NCBI GenBank assembly: GCA_965261605.1
Contig: OZ253466.1
Span: 2,401,210 to 2,465,209 of the forward strand
Direction of reading: 5' to 3'
DNA from: Dehalococcoidia bacterium
GTDB lineage: Bacteria > Chloroflexota > Dehalococcoidia > Lucifugimonadales > UBA2985
Length of the DNA stretch: 64,000 nt
The translations under genes were made by a program, and so were the position numbers. This document shows positions 8,229 through 16,590 of this stretch, in pieces; within the stretch, counting starts at the first letter, position 1; every line of letters starts with the position of its first letter. Below the pieces are notes generated by a model. It was not told where the DNA came from, searched no databases, and saw only the letters and a list, made by a program, of their open reading frames with translations.

Positions 8229-9944
8229 CTAGCGCCTTCCGAACTCCCGCTCCAGGTGTGCGGCGCTGAGATGCACCATTGTCGGGCGACCGTGGGGGCA
8301 TGTGTTGGGCTGGCTGGTGGCCTCAAGCTGCGCCAGCAGGTGCGCCATCTCCTGATGCGCAAGGCCCTTCCCTGCCCTGACCGCCGAGTGGCACGCTATG
8401 GAACTTGTCATCCTCTCCTCCCAGTCGACGGCCTCCTTTCCCTGTCCCATGTCCTCCAGCACTGACAGGAAAGCCTCTTTGGGGTCGGCGTCCGAAAGGA
8501 AGGAGGGAAGGCCGCGCAGCAGGAGAGAGTTCGGCCCAAATGCCTCAAGCTCGAAGCCGTACCTGGTCCACTCCGAGCGATGTGCTTCAAAGGCCTCCTC
8601 CTGGAGGGGCGCAAGCTCGACTACCACAGGCTCCAGCAGCCCCTGAGCCTCCAGGCCGGTGTCCTCCATCTCGTTTCGCACCATCTCGTACAGCACCCGC
8701 TCGTGGGCGGCGTGCTGGTCCACCAGGTACACTCCCCCAGGCCCCTCTGCGACTATGTACAGGCTCTGCACCTGCCCCAGCACTCGCAGCGACGGCACTA
8801 TTTCTCTGGGCGTATGAGCGCCTCCCCTGTTGTCTTCGGGCGCAAACAGGGATAGAGCTTGCTGGGTGGTTCCAGCCTGTGTAGCGGGTGGGCGCGCCGC
8901 CGGGTCTCGGACGCTCAGCGTGTCCGGCCGCACGGTGGGCACCGGGGCGTGAGTCACGAGGGCGCTTCGGACCGCCCGCTGTAGTGTCGAAAACACCTCG
9001 CGCTCATTCCGGAACCGCACCTCCAGCTTGGCGGGGTGCACGTTCACGTCCAGCTCTTCGGGCGGAACGGTTATGTGCACGACGGCCAGGGGATGGCGGC
9101 GCTCCATGAGAAAGCCCTGGTAGGCCTCCTCCAGGGCGAAAGTCAGAGTACGACTCTGTATCCAGCGCCGGTTCACGACGATGTTGATGCTGCCTCGGCT
9201 GGAGCGGCTTATGTCCGGTGGGCTTATGAGACCGCGGACGCCTGTTGAACTATCTCCTGGAGGGTCGGGGTATGTGGCGTCCAGCAGAGACTTCGCGGTC
9301 TTTGGGCCGTACACGGCGGAGCAGGCGTCGCGGAGGTCTCCACTGCCGGCGCACGAGAAGGCTCTGCGGCCGTCGACGTCCAGATGGAACGCCACATTCG
9401 GGTAAGCCAGTGTCAACTGGTGCAGGAGGGTGCGCACTCTGGAGGCTTCGACGGAGGGAGATTTCATAAACTTGAGGCGGGCAGGCACGTTCCGAAACAG
9501 GCCACGTACCGTTGCGGATGTTCCGGGTGGGCTTCCCTGGGGGACGGCACGGGCAATCTCGCCGTTCTCCACCTCCACCAGAACGCCGCCGGGCTGCTGG
9601 GCCTGCCGGGAGAGCAATGCGACCGTGGAGACTGCGGCGATGCTGCCCAGCGCCTCTCCCCTGAATCCCAGGGTGGTTATGCGGTCCAGATCATCCGACG
9701 GCGACAGCTTGCTGGTGGCGAAGCGCTGGAAGGCTAGCTCCACCTCATCCGGGGGTATGCCCTCCCCGTTGTCCACCACTCGTATCGTCTCCAGCCCGCC
9801 GCCGCTGATCTCGACGTATACCGACGTTGCGCCGGCGTCCAGGGAGTTCTCCACCAGTTCCTTGACCACCGAGGCGGGCCTTTCCACCACCTCGCCCGCG
9901 GCGATCCTGGCGGCCAGCTGGGGAGCGAGAACCCGTATCGGCAT
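8229..9944 (-). CDS. mutL: DNA mismatch repair protein MutL
   Basis: The canonical N-terminus MPIRVLAPQLAARIAAGEVVERPASVVKELVENSLDAGAT (GHKL ATPase) begins at ATG 9944. The ORF-track start at 9986 adds 14 non-conserved residues. Confidence 0.93.
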   Translation of the reverse strand: MPIRVLAPQLAARIAAGEVVERPASVVKELVENSLDAGATSVYVEISGGGLETIRVVDNGEGIPPDEVELAFQRFATSKLSPSDDLDRITTLGFRGEALGSIAAVSTVALLSRQAQQPGGVLVEVENGEIARAVPQGSPPGTSATVRGLFRNVPARLKFMKSPSVEASRVRTLLHQLTLAYPNVAFHLDVDGRRAFSCAGSGDLRDACSAVYGPKTAKSLLDATYPDPPGDSSTGVRGLISPPDISRSSRGSINIVVNRRWIQSRTLTFALEEAYQGFLMERRHPLAVVHITVPPEELDVNVHPAKLEVRFRNEREVFSTLQRAVRSALVTHAPVPTVRPDTLSVRDPAARPPATQAGTTQQALSLFAPEDNRGGAHTPREIVPSLRVLGQVQSLYIVAEGPGGVYLVDQHAAHERVLYEMVRNEMEDTGLEAQGLLEPVVVELAPLQEEAFEAHRSEWTRYGFELEAFGPNSLLLRGLPSFLSDADPKEAFLSVLEDMGQGKEAVDWEERMTSSIACHSAVRAGKGLAHQEMAHLLAQLEATSQPNTCPHGRPTMVHLSAAHLEREFGRR

Positions 9945-9954
9945 GACAGGGCCG

Positions 9955-10386
9955 CTACACGTCGTCTGGAGAGAGGGGGTCTTCAAATTCGACGGGCCGG
10001 CTTCCGTGGGCGCAGAGGGCGGATATTACATAGTATACCTTGGACATCTCCGTGTCCGTCCGCCGCTCGTAGACGTAGGGTTTGACCCTGATACCGCCAA
10101 GCGTGCTCACTATCTCCGGGTAGTCGTCAATCACCAGGTCCGGCCAGGGGCTGAGGCCCGCAGCAATCATCCTGCGCTTGAAATCCGAGATGGGCTTGTG
10201 GAAGCAGTCGGTGATGTAGGACTCCAGGCCGTGCTTTCGCACCTCGTACCAGCGTATGCCCACGCCGGACCAGATGTAGAGGGTGTGGCCGTCGTCCTTG
10301 AGCGCCTTGAAAAGCTCCCTTACGCCGGGACGGAGACTGCCGTCCCACGCGATTATGGTGTAGTCGCAATCGAAGAATATATTCAC
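9955..10386 (-). CDS. Small cap-less HAD-superfamily hydrolase-like protein
   Basis: 143-aa ORF. HAD motif I is FFDCDYT (DxDxT), with a later WSG, HKP and VIDDY consistent with motifs II-IV. It lies between mutS and mutL on the same strand. Confidence 0.6.
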   Translation of the reverse strand: MNIFFDCDYTIIAWDGSLRPGVRELFKALKDDGHTLYIWSGVGIRWYEVRKHGLESYITDCFHKPISDFKRRMIAAGLSPWPDLVIDDYPEIVSTLGGIRVKPYVYERRTDTEMSKVYYVISALCAHGSRPVEFEDPLSPDDV

Positions 10387-10437
10387 GCCTTCTTACCGAG
10401 GCCATTATAGGCGGTGCATTCCATATCAGGCAAGCGC

Positions 10438-10638
10438 GAGGGACGCCGGGGTCTTTCGGTTGTTGGGATATGTCATTCTGAGCCGCAGGCGAAGAATCTA
10501 AAATCCTTCAGCAAGAACTTGGTCCGAGTATTGAAGAGTAGGAATGGAGACAAGGACTTTAGACCCTTCGCTGTCGCTCAGAGCCTGCCCCGCACTTGAT
10601 GCGGGGGTGACAATCGAAAGACCCCGTACGAGGGACGC
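10438..10638. repeat. MITE-like composite intergenic element
   Basis: The terminal inverted repeats are ggggtctttcggttgt (10448-10463) and acaatcgaaagacccc (10610-10625), matching at 15 of 16 positions. They are flanked by a direct repeat gagggacgc (10438-10446 and 10630-10638). The interior carries a family-A unit (10471-10498) and a family-C unit (10576-10610). Confidence 0.5.
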
Positions 10639-10663
10639 AGGGGTATGACACATTGGGTCAAAC

Positions 10664-13216
10664 TTACCCCTTCTCTTCCTCCTGTGCCCTCTTCTGAAGG
10701 CCGTACAGGGCGTTGATGGCCTCAATGGGCGTCATTGAGGAGACGTCCAGGCCAAGAAGCTCCTGTACAACCGGATGTGGGAGGGTGAACAGGGGGCGCT
10801 GTCGAGGTTTGGGGAGTCGTCTTTCCCCTCCCTCCAGCTCCGAGAGCAGCTCCCAGGCGCGGCTCACCACAGGCGCGGGCAGCCCCGCCAGTTGCGCCAC
10901 GTTTATGCCGTAGCTCCGGTCGGCGCCCCCGGGCACAATGCGATGGAGGAACACCACGTTGCCGTCGCTCTCCACCGCGGCCACGCTGAAGTTGCGCACC
11001 CTGGGCAGCGTCTGCGGAAGCTCCGTCAGCTCGTGGTAGTGGGTGGCGAAGAGGGTCTTGCAGCCCAGGCGCGGACTGGTGTGGATGTGCTCCGCGGTCG
11101 CCCGTGCGATGGCCAGGCCGTCGTATGTGCTGGTGCCCCGGCCTATCTCGTCCAGCACCACCAGCGAGCGCGGCGTCGCGTGGTGCAATATGGACGCCGT
11201 CTCAACCATCTCCACCATGAAGGTGGACTGCCCCGTGTACAGGTCGTCCTGGAGACCCACGCGAGTGAAGACGCGGTCCACAAGGCCTATTGTGGCGGAC
11301 ATCGCTGGCACGAAGCTGCCGATCTGGGCCATAAGCACGATGAGGGCCACCTGCCTTATGTAGGTGGATTTGCCGGCCATGTTGGGGCCGGTGAGCAGCA
11401 TCACCTGGGCGTCCTCGTTGCTCAGGTAGGCGTCGTTGGGGACGAACGTGCCGGGAGGCATGGTAAGCTCCACCACCGGATGCCTGCCCTCCTTTATGTC
11501 GATGACGCTGCCGTTGTCGAGACGCGGCCGGACGTAGCCGTGACGCGCCGCTCCCTCGGCCAAGGCTGCGTACACGTCGATGTGACCGACCCCGGACGCG
11601 GTTGAGGCGATGCGCTGTCCCATCGCGGCTATCTGCCTGCACACCTGCTGGAACAGCGACTGCTCCAGGTCATTCATGCGCTCCTGGGCGTTGAGCAGAA
11701 TGGACTCGTACTCCTTCAGCTCAGGGGTGAAGAACCTCTCGCCTCCCACCAGGGTCTGACGGCGGACGTAGTCGTCGGGGACCTGGGGCAGATTGGGATT
11801 GCTCACCTCTATGTAGTAGCCGAAAACCCGGTTGTAGCCCACCTTCAGGGACCTGATTCCGGTGCGTTCCTTCTCCTTGCGCTCCAGGTTGGCAATGTAC
11901 TCCCTGCCGTTCCTGGAAGCGTCCCGAAGCTCGTCCAACTCCGGCGAGAAGCCACGCCGCATGATGCCGCCCTCCGCAGAAGATGCGGCCGGTGCGTCCT
12001 CCAGCGCCTCGCCTACCAGCGTGACCACGGAATCGCACGGGTCCAGGCGCTCTCCCAGCCGTGAAAGATGCCCTGTGGAGCCTTCGATCAGCGTCTTCAG
12101 GCGCGCCACGGCTTCCATCCCGTCCTTCAGGGATGCGACCTCCCTGGGAATGGCTGTTCCGGCGGCGATGCGGCTCAGAAGTCGCTCAAGGTCCGGCACG
12201 GCCTTGAGGACGTCGATGACCTCCTCCCTGCGTATCTGGTCTCTGAAGAGGGCCTCCACCGCCTCCTGGCGCTGCTCAAGCTGGCTCAGGTCAAGGAGAG
12301 GCTGTCCCACCCACCTCCTGAGAAGTCGACCGCCCATAGATGTGCTCGTTATGTCCAGGGTTGCCAGGAGGGAGTGCGCTGTCCTGCCCCACCTTCCTCC
12401 CTGGAACAGCTCCAGGTTGCTGCGGGTCTGGTGGTCCAGGAGCATGAAGGCCCTGGGCGAGTATGTGTGAAGCCCCTGGAGGCGCTCCAGCCCGGTCTTC
12501 TGGGTACTGTGTATGTAGCTCACAATGGCCCCCGACGCCCCTATGGCGAGGGGCATACCGTGGCACCCGTACGCCTCGAGGGTTGCCACGCCAAAGTGCT
12601 CCTTCAGCGCCTCCTCTGCCTCTCCGGGACGAAACAGCGCCTCCTCTAGGGCGGTGACGTGGTGCAGAGACATGCCGGAGGGGACCTCCCGGCCCTGGGG
12701 AAAGAGCACCTCCGCGGGGCTTAGTCGCTCTAGCTCCAGAGGCAGATCATCCAGGGGTATCTGCGTTGTGGCGAACTCGCTGGTGGTTATGTCCACGTAC
12801 GCCAGGCCTGCTTCCTCTTCGTGCACTACCACCGCGGCCAGGTAGTTGTTGGCGCTCTGGTCCAGCAGCGACGGCTCGGTCACGGTGCCGGGAGTAACCA
12901 CACGCACAACCTCGCGCTCCATCGGGCCTTTTGAAGACGGCTCGCCCGTCTGCTCGCAAATAGCCACTTTATAGCCGCGCTTGACCAGACGCGCCAGGTA
13001 GCTGTCCAGGGCGTGATAGGGTATGCCCGCCAGTGGGACGCGCTGTCCCTTGCCCATCTCCCGGGACGTCAGGGCTATCTCCAGCTCCCGGGCGGCTATC
13101 CGGGCATCTTCGTCGAATGTCTCGTAGAAGTCGCCCATGCGGAACAGGAGAATGGCGTCCGGGTGCTGCTCCTTGATTTTCAGATATTGCTGCCGCGCGG
13201 GCGTGATTGAGGCCAT
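10664..13216 (-). CDS. mutS: DNA mismatch repair protein MutS
   Basis: The conserved N-terminus MASITPARQQYLKIKEQHPDAILLFRMGDFYETFDEDA starts at ATG 13216. It has a Walker A (GPNMAGKSTY) and the MutS C-terminal ATPase. The 77-aa ORF-track extension runs into a repeat element. Confidence 0.95.
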   Translation of the reverse strand: MASITPARQQYLKIKEQHPDAILLFRMGDFYETFDEDARIAARELEIALTSREMGKGQRVPLAGIPYHALDSYLARLVKRGYKVAICEQTGEPSSKGPMEREVVRVVTPGTVTEPSLLDQSANNYLAAVVVHEEEAGLAYVDITTSEFATTQIPLDDLPLELERLSPAEVLFPQGREVPSGMSLHHVTALEEALFRPGEAEEALKEHFGVATLEAYGCHGMPLAIGASGAIVSYIHSTQKTGLERLQGLHTYSPRAFMLLDHQTRSNLELFQGGRWGRTAHSLLATLDITSTSMGGRLLRRWVGQPLLDLSQLEQRQEAVEALFRDQIRREEVIDVLKAVPDLERLLSRIAAGTAIPREVASLKDGMEAVARLKTLIEGSTGHLSRLGERLDPCDSVVTLVGEALEDAPAASSAEGGIMRRGFSPELDELRDASRNGREYIANLERKEKERTGIRSLKVGYNRVFGYYIEVSNPNLPQVPDDYVRRQTLVGGERFFTPELKEYESILLNAQERMNDLEQSLFQQVCRQIAAMGQRIASTASGVGHIDVYAALAEGAARHGYVRPRLDNGSVIDIKEGRHPVVELTMPPGTFVPNDAYLSNEDAQVMLLTGPNMAGKSTYIRQVALIVLMAQIGSFVPAMSATIGLVDRVFTRVGLQDDLYTGQSTFMVEMVETASILHHATPRSLVVLDEIGRGTSTYDGLAIARATAEHIHTSPRLGCKTLFATHYHELTELPQTLPRVRNFSVAAVESDGNVVFLHRIVPGGADRSYGINVAQLAGLPAPVVSRAWELLSELEGGERRLPKPRQRPLFTLPHPVVQELLGLDVSSMTPIEAINALYGLQKRAQEEEKG

Positions 13217-13400
13217 AGGTCTGTATCTTCCTGTGGGGTGGGTGCAAGGAGATTTTACAGGACGGGGAGTCGCAGAGGAATAGGCTCGCGCCCTCTCGTA
13301 AGGCGAAATCACGCTTGCGGGGATGTTATACGCAACGACAAAACCGAGGTCTGGTCGCCCGTCACCTTCTGCGGAGACGTGAAATGTGGGTTGTTCCACT

Positions 13401-13520
13401 GTCATTCTGAGGTGCGAAGCGCCGAAAAATCCAGAGCCTTCCACCATAGCCGAGTCCTTGTGTCTGTAAAGCAGAGTTCATTGGGACCCCTTGGATTCTT
13501 CACTGCGTTCAGAATGACAT
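13401..13520. repeat. Family-A inverted repeat pair (gtcattctga...aatcc / ggattc...tcagaatgac)
   Basis: The forward unit is at 13401-13432 and the reverse unit at 13493-13520. The same unit type recurs at 10471-10498, 28138-28187/28233-28267 and 34150-34175/34222-34256. Confidence 0.7.
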
Positions 13521-13694
13521 TAAATGAATGATGAAGTCGCTCTGACGGAACGGAGGACGTATGGCCGCTCGTGGAATTTCGCCTTCGAGGCGGGTACGAC
13601 TGCGCCAGAGCGTGCCGCCACACTTACCACTACTGCGGAGGCAGAAATCTAACACCTATGTAGGGATCGCGGCGCACGGACTGACTAAAACAAC

Positions 13695-13722
13695 GTAGGG
13701 GCGATTCGCGAATCGCCCCTAC
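13695..13722 (-). terminator. Stem-loop / likely intrinsic terminator after the fdhA-like gene
   Basis: Perfect 28-nt palindrome gtaggggcgattcgcgaatcgcccctac, 31 nt after the stop at 13754. On the minus strand it is followed by GTTGTTTTAG. Confidence 0.55.
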
Positions 13723-13753
13723 TCATGGCATCGCTCTTATGCTGTGATCGGGA

Positions 13754-16582
13754 CTAGCCCTCCGCCCTGGCCACCATTACGGGCGCCATGTCGAGGGTCG
13801 GCACCTTGGACATGGGGTCCGGGTCGTCGCTCTCCTCCAGGCGGGCGGCCAGCTCGCCGAAGAGGAAGGTGGCTGACACCGTCTTGGGGGTAGTTGCCTC
13901 CGATATATGCGCCTTGGCCCTGACTCGATCTCGTGCCGAGATTGCCTCTACCCACTCCCCTTCCCCGATGCCCAGGGAGGCTGCGTCGGAAGGGTGAAAT
14001 TGAAGTATCTCGTCACGCTGGATGCGGTTCTTCTCCCCGATTACCTCTATCTCTATGCCCCTCTGTGGCTGCTGCAACACCCGTCCGGGAAGGAACAGGA
14101 GAGGGTAGTCCGGCGTGGTCATTGCAGGGACGTCCTTGATCTCCATTGGCAGCAGCTTGTGCTTCCCGGCCTGGGAGTCCTGGGCGTAGAGGATACTCAC
14201 ACCCGGGTCGTCCGGAGAGGCGCTGGGCCACTGTACGCCAAAGTTCTGACCTCCCTCGGTTGGATAAAGCTGGCTGGGCAATGGATTCTCGGGCATTCCG
14301 GCCGGCTGGAGTACGCTCTCTCTGGAGAGAAGGCGCTGGTAGGAGATGCCGGCGTACATGGGCACGACGTGGGAGACCTCGTCCAGTATCTGGGCCGGGC
14401 AGTGGTAGTCGAACCCCTGGGCGTTCATGGCTTGGGCTATCTGGCACAGCGTCCACCAGTCGGGCATAGCCTGGGTGTTGCCTACCTCCAGCACCTTCCG
14501 CAGGGGCTGGACGCGCCGCTCCAGGTTCGTAAAGGTGCCCTCCTTTTCGGCGAAGGTGACCGATGGCAGCACCACGTCGGCTGACTGGGCCAGGTCGGAG
14601 AGGAACGTGTCCTGCACCACCAGGAATTCCAGCTGTCCCGCCGCCTGTGCGGCGTTTCCAAGCTGGCCGTTGGTGAAGTTGGGGCTGTCGCCCACGACGA
14701 GCATGGCCTTTACGCGCCCATCCGAGGCGGCCTGGAAGACATCGTTGATTCCAAGGCCTAGTCCCGACGGCAGTTCTGCGCCCCAAGACTCCTGAAGGGT
14801 TGCAGATTCCTCAAGTCCCCTGTATCCCGGCAACAGGTTGGGCACGCAGCCCACGTCCCAGGAGCCCTGGTCGTTGGTGCCGGGCCGCAGCGGGTACAGG
14901 CCTGCGTGGGGCTTGCCTATATTGCCCGTCATCAGGGCCAGGTTTGACAGTGCCTGCACCAGATCGACTCTCGATGAGGCTGATACGGTGTCCAGGGCGT
15001 ACAGGATCGCGGCGGGGCCGTTCTGGGCGAATGTGCGGGCAGCCTGCCGTATCTCCTCCTCGGATATGCCAGTCGCTTCCTCAACCTTCTTGAGATCGAA
15101 GCGCCACAGAGAGTTCTTCAGGGCGTCCAGGTTCTCGCACGACTCTCGCAGGAAGTTCTCATCCTCCAGCACCTCGTCCATGATGACCCGCAGGATTCCC
15201 CCCACCAGGACGGCGTCCGTCCCCGGCTCAGGTCGTATCCACATGGTCGCGTAGCGAGTCAGCTCCACCTCTCGCGGGTCGATGACGATGAGCTTCGCTC
15301 CGTTCCTCACGGCGCGCTTCACCGGGACCGCCGCTACGTTGTGCTCCTCAGTGGCATTGGCGCCGATGACCAGGATGGACTTGGCGTTTTCAAGATCCCA
15401 TATCGGGTTGGTGGCTGCCTGGTATCCCAGCGTCTCCTCCAGGGGCTGCGCCATCTCCGGTCTGGTGTTGGAGGAGTGGTCGACGTTGTTGGTTCCCATG
15501 ACTGCGCGGGTGAACTTTTGCAGCAGGTAGTTCTCCTCGTTGGTGCCTCTGTAGGAAGCCACGGCGGCGAACTGGTCGCCCTTGTACTGGCCGAGCCTCT
15601 CGGCTACCAGGGCGATTGCCTCTTCCCAGGAGGCCTCCTCCAGGACGCCGTTGCGTCGTATCAGGGGAGTCTTCAGGCGAGCGCGGCTGTTGACGAATTC
15701 GAATCCGAACTTCCCCTTGAAGCAGGCCTGGCCGTGGTTGGCCTCCGCCTCCAGGTCCGGGATGGCGCGGATCACCTTGCCGCGCTTGTTAACCTCCAGC
15801 TTCAGCTGGCATCCCACCGGGCAGTGCGGGCAGGTGGTGGACACGCGCTCCACCGCCTTCTCCCACTTGTACTCCGTCTCCACCAGCGCGCCCACCGGGC
15901 AAACGTCGATGCACGCGCCGCAGAACTCGCAGCCGGACTCCAGAAGCGAGGAGCCATGAGCAGGCCCAACCAGGGAGACCCCTGCACGCTCCGTAAACGT
16001 GATTGCGCTGTCTACCCGTATCTCCTCGCAGGCCCTTACGCAGCGCCCGCACACGATGCACAGGTTGTAGTCCATGTCGTAGAAGGGGTCTTTGCTCTCT
16101 ACGGGCAGGTTCCGGTATTTGTAATTCAGGGGCGTCGTAAGGCCGGTGCCTACGTACAGGGTGGTGTCCTTGAGCTCGCACCGGTCGTTCTTGGGGCAGG
16201 CCACGCACCGGTCGGTGACGGAGACGTGGCGCAGGCATATGTCCTGGGGCCCGCATAGCTCGATGCGGTGGCAGGTGAGGCAGCCGTGGGGGTGCTCCGA
16301 TACCACCAACTCCGTAATGCCCTTGCGCAGCTCCTGTATCTGCTCCGTGTTGGTCCACACCACCATGTCGTTGGCCACGGGCGTCGTGCATGAGGCGGGA
16401 GTGCCTCTGGTGTTCTCAATCTCGACCACGCACATGCGGCACGCCCCGTAGGGTTTCATTCCTGGGTAGTAGCAAAGGTAAGGGATGTACAGTCCGGCAT
16501 CCATGGCCGCCTGTATGACCGTTTTACCCGGCTGGGTCCTTACTTCCTGGCCGTCTATGACCAGGCTGAGATCAGCGACCAT
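13754..16582 (-). CDS. NuoG/FdhA-like subunit: N-terminal 2Fe-2S and 4Fe-4S domains fused to a molybdopterin-oxidoreductase domain
   Basis: The start at ATG 16582 (MVADLSLVIDGQEV...) has a GGAGAA RBS. Motifs present are a 2Fe-2S (CYYPGMKPYGACRMC), a His-ligated cluster (HPHGCLTCHRIELC), CIVCGRCVRAC, CEFCGACIDVCP and a MopB FeS site (CPHCPVGC). The region aligning to FdhF NNVDCCARVUHG reads NNVDHSSNTRPE (nt 15455-15484). Confidence 0.9.
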   Translation of the reverse strand: MVADLSLVIDGQEVRTQPGKTVIQAAMDAGLYIPYLCYYPGMKPYGACRMCVVEIENTRGTPASCTTPVANDMVVWTNTEQIQELRKGITELVVSEHPHGCLTCHRIELCGPQDICLRHVSVTDRCVACPKNDRCELKDTTLYVGTGLTTPLNYKYRNLPVESKDPFYDMDYNLCIVCGRCVRACEEIRVDSAITFTERAGVSLVGPAHGSSLLESGCEFCGACIDVCPVGALVETEYKWEKAVERVSTTCPHCPVGCQLKLEVNKRGKVIRAIPDLEAEANHGQACFKGKFGFEFVNSRARLKTPLIRRNGVLEEASWEEAIALVAERLGQYKGDQFAAVASYRGTNEENYLLQKFTRAVMGTNNVDHSSNTRPEMAQPLEETLGYQAATNPIWDLENAKSILVIGANATEEHNVAAVPVKRAVRNGAKLIVIDPREVELTRYATMWIRPEPGTDAVLVGGILRVIMDEVLEDENFLRESCENLDALKNSLWRFDLKKVEEATGISEEEIRQAARTFAQNGPAAILYALDTVSASSRVDLVQALSNLALMTGNIGKPHAGLYPLRPGTNDQGSWDVGCVPNLLPGYRGLEESATLQESWGAELPSGLGLGINDVFQAASDGRVKAMLVVGDSPNFTNGQLGNAAQAAGQLEFLVVQDTFLSDLAQSADVVLPSVTFAEKEGTFTNLERRVQPLRKVLEVGNTQAMPDWWTLCQIAQAMNAQGFDYHCPAQILDEVSHVVPMYAGISYQRLLSRESVLQPAGMPENPLPSQLYPTEGGQNFGVQWPSASPDDPGVSILYAQDSQAGKHKLLPMEIKDVPAMTTPDYPLLFLPGRVLQQPQRGIEIEVIGEKNRIQRDEILQFHPSDAASLGIGEGEWVEAISARDRVRAKAHISEATTPKTVSATFLFGELAARLEESDDPDPMSKVPTLDMAPVMVARAEG

Positions 16583-16590
16583 AGTTCTCC

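Noticed and set aside
13217-13447. 77-aa N-terminal extension of MutS in the ORF track
   Set aside because: The canonical MutS N-terminus begins at ATG 13216. The extension runs through the family-A repeat and non-conserved sequence.
13524-13694. Possible tRNA or small RNA in the long mutS upstream spacer
   Set aside because: No cloverleaf-compatible arms or conserved T-loop (GTTCRA) context was found by eye. Only generic hairpins are present.
13754-16582. Possible selenocysteine recoding in the FdhA-like gene
   Set aside because: The reading frame is continuous with no in-frame TGA. The residue aligned to Sec is encoded by AGA (Arg, 15461-15463).
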